Source: Lepidodermella squamata (lineage: Eukaryota > Animalia > Gastrotricha). From it: 64,000 nt of DNA. Under the pieces are notes generated by a model that made no database searches, was not told where the DNA came from, and saw nothing but the letters and a program-made list of their open reading frames with translations. The position numbers and the translations under genes are program-made. The stretch's first letter is position 1, and each line of letters begins with the position of its first letter. Where the stretch lies: the NCBI GenBank assembly GCA_047495785.1, contig JBLDXI010000032.1:248001-312000 (forward strand). The letters are read 5' to 3'. Below, in pieces: positions 24,096-34,469 of the stretch.

Positions 24096-24404
24096 GTGCT
24101 ACGACCCAAGTCAGAAAGCGACCACATCCAAGGGACGGGCCTGCAATCTTTCTTATCAAATACCTTTGTCGGGCTTCGGCCCATTAGGTGTCGACCTAGG
24201 TACAGTGGGTTCCAAATCGAGAACAATGGACGCGCGCGTAAGACGGAAATGCTGACATTACGTTTAAAATGGGTACGATTAATGCTACTTCTCTTGACAA
24301 GAAGAAGAAGAAACCACTTTTGAACTTCGTCAATACGACGCAGTTGCTCTGAAAAAATTAAGGCCAAGGCGACATAAATCTTAGGTGTAGTCGATTTTAT
24401 TGTA

Positions 24405-24792
24405 TTAAGGCAAGAATCTACTCTCACCCCGAGTTGCAGTCGATTGTATCATTCTGTAAGTCGGAAGGGTAGTGGGTCCGCCAATCCCTCCGCAGTCCGG
24501 GTAACCGTAGCAGGTTTTTTTAGCTTGGTCGTACGAGAAGCCCATATGTTCGGAACCTTTAGCGCGTATGTAACAAATTTCAAGCATTGGAATATCGGCC
24601 CAGACAACCGCTGGCACAGCGCCTTTGCAGGCGAAGGGGATTTTCTCGTATGGAAAGAATTGACTGATTTGGCCTGTTAAATATAGTAGAGAAATAAGTA
24701 AAGTCATTTTGTTCAGAGGGTTCACGCTAACCTGAAGCAATAGTAGCAGCAGAGGCAACGAAGGCTACCACGAAGAAGAGCTTGCTAGCCAT
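24405..24792 (-). CDS. PAN/Apple-like secreted protein, single domain, second domain truncated (exons 24792-24732, 24673-24405)
   Basis: Signal MASKLFFVVAFVASAATIAS; one complete Cys domain, then RFLP* YNKIDYT* where the paralog reads RFLPYKKIDYPC; homology ends at ~24380. Confidence 0.7.
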
Positions 24793-25127
24793 TTTTTGAG
24801 AAAAAAAGAAAAATATTCAACTGAATGGAGATGAAATAAAAATAAAATGAACACTTGGGGAGACTGACGAACTCGACGGCAAGTTTCTTCCTTTGTTCTA
24901 TCAGCTGCTTGCGCGCGGGGCGAGTCTAGACAACATAATTTTCTTTAACTTAAATAAGACTAGCCATATTGATTTCTTTTACCACGGGTTTCTCACCCTT
25001 GCTTATCTCTCAGCTGGGAATCCTCGAGCGATTCGAGGCCAGGCTGCATACTGACTTCTTCAATTGGCTCATGCGTGTCACGTATTTCGAATATCACTTT
25101 CGAATAACTTCGAATAAGTACTTTATA

Positions 25128-26301
25128 CCGTCAAACGGGGCGACTTTGCCACGAAAAAATGGGGCGAATTTCGCATAGCCATATCTCAGAGGTATCGAGA
25201 TAAAGACCCCTTGAGGGGGGTACCGTTGGAAAGCCCAAGAAAAGACCAGCTGGAATGCGTTGAACATACTTCCGCCTTCAGCCCTTTACAATATCTGATG
25301 ATTAAACACAGGTAAAGTTGAGCGTAAAAATTGAGTTTTCGGCAGAACTTAGATGACTCTAAAGTCGACCAGGCGTGATCAAAATGAAAAATTCTTTTCA
25401 TTATCGAGCAATCTCCGACACAAGCTATCCAGCGGGACCCCACTTGAGAGGTATCCGCCTTTCCACCTGCGGTTTGAGTTAGGGCAAAGCCCCCTATCTG
25501 CATATAAACCGTACACAAGGTCGCTTTGCCACAATTCCACGTCAGTTATCAAGTTAAATACGGCTCAAACAGTTCCACAGCGTATATAATTGAATTCTCC
25601 ATCATCAGGGCTTTCAATTGACATCCTACTTGATATGTATTGTGGCGGTGACGCCACCTGGGCCGTGACACGCGCCCTTGCGGCACGCGTCCGCTTCTCC
25701 CGCCACGGCGCCCACGGGCCCACCTAAGCACGCTCCTATCATTCATCAATCTGTCATTTCATATTTCATTACGCTTTACCAGTGCCTTGGCATAGTCCTT
25801 CCACCCTATCGTCCGCCTTTGCTACATCAGCCGATTCCATCTTTAATTCGTAATCCTATTGTCATCTAGAACACATTTTATCTATTTTATTTGTTACATC
25901 GGTACGCGGTATCGCGATCCGCCACATTCACTCCGCCTGCCTAACGCGAGATCGGTAATTTATTGCTAGCTTAAACAACCTCGTTCTCAACTCACCTTTA
26001 TTCGTACAGTCCTACCTCCGTACCGTTGTTGCCATTTCCGCCCGGCTGACCGCTTCGTTCCTCATCGAACCCGGTATGCAACCTCGCCCCTTTATACATT
26101 TCTTTCTTACGTGATGCTTTTACACAGGGCCTTGATTTTACCTTAATAAAAGACCTGATTGCCAACAACCAGTTGTGCTCCTATTGGTCTCACTGTTACA
26201 TGTATCATGCCTGAGAAAATGGCATCGTGCGTGATCTAAAACTCGATCGCAAAAACCTATGGCAATGTCACCCCATTGGCTAAAGTCGCCCCGTTTCACG
26301 G
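25128..26301. mobile_element. Non-autonomous Tc1/mariner-pogo-like DNA transposon, TA TSD
   Basis: TA|CCGTCAAACGGGGCGACTTTGCC ... GGCTAAAGTCGCCCCGTTTCACGG|TA; no transposase ORF. Confidence 0.85.
25641..26200 (+). mobile_element. Solo LTR (560 bp) nested in the DNA transposon
   Basis: TG...CA termini (TGTGGCGGTG / CACTGTTACA), 5-bp TSD TGTAT at 25636-25640 and 26201-26205, AATAAA at 26145. Confidence 0.85.
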
Positions 26302-26522
26302 TATTTAAGTTTGAATATCCACTCCGATGATTTTATTACTGATGATATAACAATATCTGAAGATTGATTATCTGATTATCTGAAAAAGCCAGGTGAAAAA
26401 GACAGGCCATACAATTCTGAGATTTTATTGAACCATGAACGAAAAAACTTCAAAAAATTGGAAACAATTCATGATATATCGAATTTTTCCAAATTAAAAA
26501 ATTGTCAAAATATATGAGTTAA

Positions 26523-28793
26523 TCAATCACTGCAGTTTCTCAGCATTTGCTTGTAAATATTGTCCACTCGCGGCAGGTGAATTTTATGAGACCTAACAAC
26601 CATCGGAGTGATACGCTCCCAGTCCACTTTCATGAGAGCAGCCAGCGCCATGCCGCACGCCAACACGTCGTACAGCACCGTTTGCTCGGGCATGCTCGAC
26701 AACTCTCGCTCGGTCAAAACTCGCGTCGACTCGCGAAAATTCTGAATCGCATACACGCAGTTGAAAATGAACAGCCGAACGTAGTCTTCATCGTCATCGA
26801 CCCCCTTAACAACAGTTCGAGCCGCAATCTTCTCACACTGGTCACCGCCTCCGTTCAACAGGTGGTGAATGATCAAGCACGTATTGGCTAGCTCGTCGTG
26901 ATTTTGCGTGTTGAACCCTTCGAATAACACTCGAGCCGTTAAATCTTCCAATTTTTTAGGATCGGACGCCAGAAATTGGCGAACCTTCGATTTTTCAACT
27001 TGAATCACCGATGCGAGTAGGAAAATCGAATTTCGATACGACGCTTTCACTGAGCAGTAATCTTTCGCGTCGAGAATTCGCCACGAAATTTGAGGCAGTA
27101 GAAAATCGAATTTTGCTAAATTTTCCGCAAAATCTCGAGACATCAACACGTGCCAGCCAATGCATCTCAAAGCGGCACAATGCGACTTTTCACTGGCTGA
27201 TTTTATCGGAAATTTCGCGATTTTCACCAAATTTTCGCTTAAAACCACCGAATTATCAGTCCCGTTCCACTCTCTGATATTTTTATCCGGACGACGATGG
27301 CCCATATAGCTATGAATCATCGGGTCTAGAATTTTAATCAAATGATATAGCCCGTCACTTTTTCGAAATTTCGCATTCCTTTCGGCGAGATCGGTGTAGT
27401 ATTGAAGTTTTTTTGTTAGATAAAACCAGAATTCAGGCCGTTCGTAACTCGCCTGGAAAACAGACTCATAGACCGCCCGCCAGAAATACACGCAATTACC
27501 AGCCGGTTCACGCTCGGTCGGGTCGAAATTCTCGCGAAAATCGAATTGGCTCGCAATCGCGAGGTGAGCGACTGATTTCACCCTCGCGTCGTTCGGCTTG
27601 ATTTTCGTCAACGTATCAATCAGCGAGAACTCGCGGTCCGCAAATTCTGACTCGCGTAGATAGGCCGAAATCAGAACGAGATCGAAGGGGAGCTTAGAAA
27701 TCGGCCCAAAAGGCATGACGCAAAATCCATTGACAATAAACGAAGCCATCCAGTTGAAATCATTACAGGGCTCGAATTTTCGAATGAAATGATTTCGAGT
27801 CAATTCGTGTTGATACAAATTCGCCAGATTTTTCGCGAGGTAGTAATAGATCGACTGGCCTAGACCAGGTCGGGTGACTACAGCCTTCGCGCCTTTACTG
27901 GTCGCTAGATAACAGGCGAGTTTATTGAGAAAATTGCGAAAATTCGAATTTTGAAGGAATGAATTCAGATAAGCAGCTATGCAATTATCGAATAAATAGC
28001 TGTAGCACATCAAAATTTCTCGAATTAAACGAAGATCGGCCAATTCCAGCGAGTCGAAATCGAAAGAAGACATTGAAGCCAATCGCAAAATTTGCGGATT
28101 TTTCGAAATCAAATTCATGAACATTTCGTTGAATCGAAACATTCCATCCTCATCGTAAGAAACCATTCGACGTGAAATGTAGCACAGTTCGTCGATAACT
28201 TCATCGGCTGTTAAATTTCTGGATTCAAGCAAATTTGTCAACACATTTCTCAAGTCGCGGAAAATGCTAGGAATAGCGTTGAATTCGCCGATTGTTCGAT
28301 CGAGTTCATCACCCGGAAATGAGCTGCCCTTATTGCATAAAATCAACGAAGCCAGGTCGACATGGCCCAATTTCGCATAGGAATTCGCGAAAATGTAGTG
28401 GCCTTTTATCCAATCGTCGTTCAAAATCGTGCTGAAATATGCGTTTGAAGCCGCCTCCTTGAATTGGCCCAATTTTTCGTGGCAAAGAGCGATATTCGAG
28501 TATAAACGGTAGTTGTAAGGCCGTAGTTTAGCTGCTTTGCGGTATTTTTCCAGCGCCTCAGCGATTTTTCCTTCTTTGAATAGCGCATTGCCGTCTTCGT
28601 GGGGTTTCGTTACATCGGCCGGTTCGTCGCTGTGGCCAAGGCTTTTTCGAATTTCGGCGTGAATTTGAGCGGCTGATTCTGGGCTGGTGATACGATTCAT
28701 AACTTCAAGGATAGCCTTGCTATCGGCGATTTTTGCGGATTTTCCATCGATTTTTTGCTCGAAAGCCAAGTCGCCAAATAGCAATTCATACAT
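26523..28793 (-). CDS. TPR + helical/ARM-like protein, paralog A (756 aa, intronless)
   Basis: Three TPR motifs (HEDGNALFKEGK..YSNIALC..WIKGH); family motifs PCNDF and ERPEFW; AATAAA on the coding strand at 26424-26429. Confidence 0.88.
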   Translation of the reverse strand: MYELLFGDLAFEQKIDGKSAKIADSKAILEVMNRITSPESAAQIHAEIRKSLGHSDEPADVTKPHEDGNALFKEGKIAEALEKYRKAAKLRPYNYRLYSNIALCHEKLGQFKEAASNAYFSTILNDDWIKGHYIFANSYAKLGHVDLASLILCNKGSSFPGDELDRTIGEFNAIPSIFRDLRNVLTNLLESRNLTADEVIDELCYISRRMVSYDEDGMFRFNEMFMNLISKNPQILRLASMSSFDFDSLELADLRLIREILMCYSYLFDNCIAAYLNSFLQNSNFRNFLNKLACYLATSKGAKAVVTRPGLGQSIYYYLAKNLANLYQHELTRNHFIRKFEPCNDFNWMASFIVNGFCVMPFGPISKLPFDLVLISAYLRESEFADREFSLIDTLTKIKPNDARVKSVAHLAIASQFDFRENFDPTEREPAGNCVYFWRAVYESVFQASYERPEFWFYLTKKLQYYTDLAERNAKFRKSDGLYHLIKILDPMIHSYMGHRRPDKNIREWNGTDNSVVLSENLVKIAKFPIKSASEKSHCAALRCIGWHVLMSRDFAENLAKFDFLLPQISWRILDAKDYCSVKASYRNSIFLLASVIQVEKSKVRQFLASDPKKLEDLTARVLFEGFNTQNHDELANTCLIIHHLLNGGGDQCEKIAARTVVKGVDDDEDYVRLFIFNCVYAIQNFRESTRVLTERELSSMPEQTVLYDVLACGMALAALMKVDWERITPMVVRSHKIHLPRVDNIYKQMLRNCSD

Positions 28794-29559
28794 TTGTAAA
28801 ATAAATCTAAGATGAATTTAAAAAGAATGGAAACATTTCGTAACAGCGTTAAAAAATGAAATTTTTTTTTTTGAAAACAAAACTTTGAATCAAGGATCCA
28901 ATGTTTTCTTTCAACGTGATTTTAAATGAAACTTTGACGAACTGGGTAAAATTGAAATTAAAATTCTGTTAATTAACAAAATAACAAAACTAGTTTTTCC
29001 GGGTCGCTCCAATTCTAATCAAATTGCCAATGCTTTACCATTCCTTCAAAATTTGCATGAAATATGGCATAGGAATTCATCCTTTTAACCGACATCATTC
29101 AAAGTCGCCTCATCTACCGCTTCAGCTGGCTCGACAACAAATGCTCAATCGGCCGAGTTAGGTACAGATAAATAAGAAAATGGATGTGTAAAAGCGATCT
29201 GACCAGTCTTGGCCCTCCTGGGAGGCATCAGCCAACGTATGCGATACATCAACAAACATACTTATGCGTGCTTAAAAGTTTTCCTCGTGTCCAAGCCGCC
29301 AGCGCTTCTCATCGGCCTGTCGCTAACCTCTACTGCCCTGCTACGCATTGCGACTTGTGAACTGTCAACAAATTCTACGACTTTGTGGTATTATCTCACT
29401 ATTCACTATGTAAGAGCCGCGCAAAATCCTCAGCTTCAACACATCCTCGAAATTTTACGCCAGCCCAGTTTGAATGACACGCAGCGTAACGAGGTGTCCC
29501 AAACGATCTACGTTTCACGAAAGTACCAACCATCGTGACATGTCTCGAACGATTCATCA

Positions 29560-29850
29560 GCCATTTTGAACTGCGGCGCGCGGCCCGAAAGTGGATTCCT
29601 TCGCGGTCCGAGACTTTTGCGACAGCTTCGGCTTCCAGAAGCTCCGAACTAGTCGGTACAACAGCCGCGGCAACGCCCTGGTCGCGCGCAGCCGCAGGGT
29701 CCTTGTGGATATCATCGCAACCGGCAACCCGCGCTCGTGGCACATTCAAGTGCTGCGTGCCCTCCGAGCCTGTAAGACGGCAGTTCTGACGTCTCGCCGC
29801 AAAAGCTGGTGTACGCTACCCGGCCTGCACGGCTATCAAGCCCGCAGTTG
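29560..29850 (+). mobile_element. Degenerate LTR-retrotransposon integrase core fragment
   Basis: GPKVDSFAVRDFCDSFGFQKLRTSRYNSRGNALVARSRR resembles the rve segment DNGPQF.S..F..FC...GI....S.Y.P.GNG..ER. Confidence 0.65.
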
Positions 29851-29980
29851 ACCACAAGGCGCGCCCACGGGGACGCCCGTTCAACAGGTTGGCATCAAGC
29901 GAGACCACAACCAAGGTTCAAAATAGGTTTCAAAAATTAACAGAAAACCAAGGGAAAGGCAGCCAGTTTTGAGGTCATCA

Positions 29981-30497
29981 GGGTTCGCACGAGCTGAGCC
30001 CGATTGATTAAGTTTACAAATTAGATCTGAATCTCGACCAATTCGACCAATTAAACCCGAATTGGTTCGGGGTAAACTTCGAACCATGGCATTGGAAATT
30101 ACTTGTGTGTTTGTCGTTTCTGAAATTACATACGCCTTCCTCAGAGCCGTTTGTTACGTCACGTTGTACATTGGTTGCACATGGTTTAATATTTAATACC
30201 TATTATCTAGAGGCTACAGGCGGCATTCGTTGCGTTTTTAGTGCAGCAAGAGTTTACCCCGAGTTTTGCAACGGAAACGTGTTCATCAACGCAGACGATC
30301 CAAGAAAATCGGCCCAAACAAGTGGCGCCGACGAAGAAGTTTACCCCGAATAACATGGCGCAAAGAGTCAAAACTGATGGTGGAAATGATTCTAATGACA
30401 GGCTTTGAATAATTTAAAATATTAATTTTCGAATATTGCGTGCGCAAACGGCTTGAGCTAACTACACTCTGAGCACAAGTTAATATGGGCATGTTCC
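29981..30497. repeat. Second copy of the 23850-24095 repeat, interrupted by an ~285-bp insert (~30046-30332)
   Basis: The two halves are contiguous in the 23.9-kb copy but separated here. Confidence 0.8.
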
Positions 30498-30832
30498 GAT
30501 AATTTGCTCAAAGTTTCGAAATTCGGTGAATATTCTGATTTTCAAGTCATAAAAAAAGTAGAAAGTCGTCTTTATTCCGCACAAAGCTTGCTGAATTTTC
30601 CTGATTCATCTCCGAAATAAAGATCATATTAACGAAAGACTGGAAAAAATGGAAATGGATTTCATGCGAAATAGGAATTTCAATTTTTTAATTCAAAATT
30701 CAATTACTGCAATTCACAAACTTGAGAACATTATTCCATTTTGGTTAAACTGATCTCTAAAATCGGAGAGTTGTAGAAAGATCGCTCATAAACTACAATC
30801 GGAACGTCATACAGTCAGTCGCAAACACAAAA

Positions 30833-33800
30833 TCACCGGGCATCTTTGAGAACTTGTTCATAAACATTAGTCAAATGCGCATCCTTCGTAACGCGAATCT
30901 TCTCCTCGACGTCAACAAGCCGCGCGTCCAACTTGACCAAAACAGCCAACAACTGCCCGGCAGCAACAGATAACAGCCGCCCGTAAAACGGGTCACTTTT
31001 CTGCGGTTTTCGTATAAACGCCACCAAATTACGCACTAAATCATCTTCCTCCGCATCGTCCAAATATTGAAACGCCGAATTTCTACACCGGTCATTAGCG
31101 CTGAGAATGTGGTATAACATAAGCACGGCATTAGTTCTAATTTTCACATCCAAATCGCCCTTTGTAACTAAAACAACGCTTTGATGGATGAAATCTCGAA
31201 AACCGCTATATAACAACAGCCGATTACGAAATAACGTATTATTAGGCACGTCAGTCGCTGTGGCCAGGTAGAACAAAGCGCCGGGTAACAAGCTAGTCTG
31301 TCTAGCGTACGAATGAACAACTTCAACCGCCGATGGAATCGCGAAATCGTGCTTAGTGAAGGCGTGGAAAAACTGCGGCGATCTCGCGATGAAATGCGAT
31401 GAAATGTAGTAACATTTCGCCGCGATTTGCTTCATTTCATCTTCGAGGAGGTGATCGAACCGCGACGGCAAATCGTCGCCTAACAACGTTGCAATCGACC
31501 TGGCCAGCATTAGAGCGTTGATTTGTTGATTCCAATTTTTCAACTCGATAACAGAATTTTCGTCCTGATTTTCGGCGATAAAATTTTCTATCAAATCTGA
31601 AATAACGTTCAAATTTGTGACAAAATCTGCGCAACTCGGCTCGTCGTTGAATTTAGACTCTGTAAGGCGGTATAGTCGTTGAATTGCATACGTCCAAACT
31701 CCAGGACGATCCAAGCAAATTGAGGCGGATTTTTTATTTTTCGTAAAAAGCGACCAGGCTGTAATCGAAGATAACGGGTCGTCCATCGTGTGAAATTCGA
31801 ATGAGGAAACTAGGCTTAGAATCGAAAAAGCTTTGGCGAACTGAACCAATCGAGCTGCGTCGTTGAATTGCAGGAAAAAATCGTCCTCTTGAACGAAAAG
31901 CGTCAACAGATAAGCTGGGCAGTCGAAGTTAACATTTTCCTGGCGATTAACCGGCTGGTAGGGGGATGTTATGCAGAATGAGGCTAGTGACAGATTCGCG
32001 TGCCATTCCAGCGTTTTGAAGGGTTCTGTTTTTAGTAGATAAGTCTTGAGGATGGACGAATTGCCAGCGAGTGACACCAGCAGCTTGATGAAATTGCAGA
32101 ATGCAACCTGAAAATTGAACACATCACTAGATCAGAAGTTGAATTTCAAAATAAGTTTAGGCACCGCCCTAGAATTCTACCCAGTTGGGAACGAGAACTA
32201 ACTGCTAAATTTCCTAGCTGACGCGGCAGCAGTTTTCAGGAGGTGGGGTCCTTTCATGTGTCATAATCACTTTTTGAGGCGAATCTAAAACTGTCGGCGT
32301 TTTACGATTATAATTTGTTTGCAATTGCTCGCTCTCGCAGAGCCGATGGAGCAAAAGCAGGACGAGCTGCGGGAAAGGTTGCACGAAACCGAGCTGTCTA
32401 TGATACTGCTGGAATTCCACCCGGTCGAAAAATGGGGCGGTATTTTCGGGCCTCGATCGCTTGACGCTGTCGCGAAGAAACTTGAATGTCTTTTTGCGCT
32501 ATTTCTGCGAAGCTGAAAAAATCTTGCTTTTTCAGCCCGAAGCTAAAAGCCAACTCCTTAAATGTATTGAATATTGGAACGCGTAAATGCATAGACAAAC
32601 ACATATACAAAACGGCCCCTGCTCGCCCCACTGGGAGGAGTCGCCATCGATAGTCAAAGGTTATGGATTACTATTATTATCACCAATTGTATTTTTTCAT
32701 TTTCTAGAGCGAATTGTTAGCCCTGATCAGCCTAATGGAACAAAAGCAAGGCGAGCTCAGGGATAATAAGATGTCAGAAAGCGATCTATCACTGATCGTT
32801 CGAGAATTCTTCCCAGCTGATGCATGGAGCGATGTTTTTAGCCCGCGGTCCCTGGGAGCCGTGGCGAAGGAACTCAATTTATGGAGTCTTCATCTGTTAT
32901 ATTTATGGAAAGGGACAGTGAAAATTGCCAGCTCTTTCTGGTATTAATTTCTTATTCATTAACTGGTCATGTTTTATTCTGGCCCGGATTGGCTCAAGAA
33001 AACAAAGTACTTAGCATGTTTCAATGAAGTTTCTTCGACCTTGAAAAACTTGAGAACCCAAGCATAGGAGGTTTTTCCACTAAAAATGCAATTCGCTTCG
33101 ATCAAACGTTGTTTCCTTGATAATAGGTTTCCTGCTTCTCGAATAATTTAATTCTACTGATCGGACACGTTCCCCACCTCTTAGTTACGATGCATGTACG
33201 AAGTATAAATTTCCTGATGTTTTTTTTTCACGAACCCTTGATATATTTTTTCTAAAGCAGTGAATCGGTGTTATTATAATTATTTCAAATAAAAAATTTA
33301 TACATATTTACAATTATTTATACACTTTATAAAGGTTCAATTTCGATCAAACACATTTTATAAGCCTAGTGCTTGAGTGCTTAAATTTGCTGCTACAACC
33401 TCAATTTTTTGTGCTAATGTATAGAACCTATAAATATTTTCCAACTTACCGGTCCGAAAGGAACAGCTTTCAATGTGCCACTCATGCCGCTGCGGCTCGT
33501 AAAAAACAGCGCCAATTTATTCAAGAAAGTCCGAAAAACCGGTCGTATAACCAACGCCTCAGCAAACCGCCGCGACAACTTCGCATAATCACCCGCGAAA
33601 ATGAGATACAACGCCAAAATATGCAGTTTCTCGATTGACAGTGACGAGATTTCAAACGAATTCCCACGCGTAAAACTGCTCAACGTATCGACTTTTTCCA
33701 GAATTTCCACCGGGCTCTGAATTTCTTCAGAATAATCACCGTCCCCAAAATGGTAAATGCAATGGTTGAGTAGATACAACAGCTTTTCATCGCTCAAATC

Positions 33801-34391
33801 AGGAGATAACATTCGAGCGATTGTCGCATCCAAATCACTGCTATCAGCTACTTTGAACGAACTCCGGCTCAGGGTGGCCTTAGCACCGGCAATATGCTCT
33901 TCCAACAAATCGCAGTCACTTCTCGCAAAATTTTCCTGGATCAAATCGATGTAAGATAGGGCTAGTTGAGCATAGCCCATAAGCGTGTAACTTTCAACAA
34001 GTTTAACCTGCGATTTCAGCCATTTTTTATCGAGAAATCGCGTCACAACCGACGAATAAACAACAGCTTCTTCATAGCGGCCGAGTTTGAAGTTGCACAA
34101 CGCAATGTTCGAGTACAGCTTATAATCACCAGGCGCTTCACCAATAATACTTTTGTAAATCGCTATAGCCTCAGTGTATTTACCCTCGCCGAATAGCATG
34201 TTAGCTTTGGCGTGAAGCGTCGGATTAGCCGGTCGAGCTACGTTGTTATCACCTCGGCATTCGATAGCCATTCTTTCTTGAATTCGTTTCGCCTCAGCCG
34301 GAGTGCTGATTTGTTCGATGATTCTTAAGGTGGACGGACTTTCTGGGCTGTTGAAAAACGCGTCCAAATATTGAGTAGCAAGAGCGGCCAT
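30833..34391 (-). CDS. TPR + helical/ARM-like protein, paralog B (738 aa; exons 34391-33450, 32107-30833)
   Basis: TPRs in ORF 33414-34391; GTAAGT donor at 33449 and TTTTCAG acceptor at 32108, phase 0; RPGVW motif in the second exon. Confidence 0.87.
32319..32947 (+). other. Two diverged ~55-codon coding-like repeats antisense inside the intron of paralog B
   Basis: LLALAEPMEQKQDELR..ELSMI..EFHP...W..IFGPRSLDAVAKKL vs LLALISLMEQKQGELR..DLSLI..EFFP...W..VFSPRSLGAVAKEL. Confidence 0.6.
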
Positions 34392-34469
34392 TATATAAAT
34401 CTAATACAGACTTCTAAACTGATAAAAAGATGAAGTGAGAAAATCGTATTATAAGATTTTTAAGGTGGA

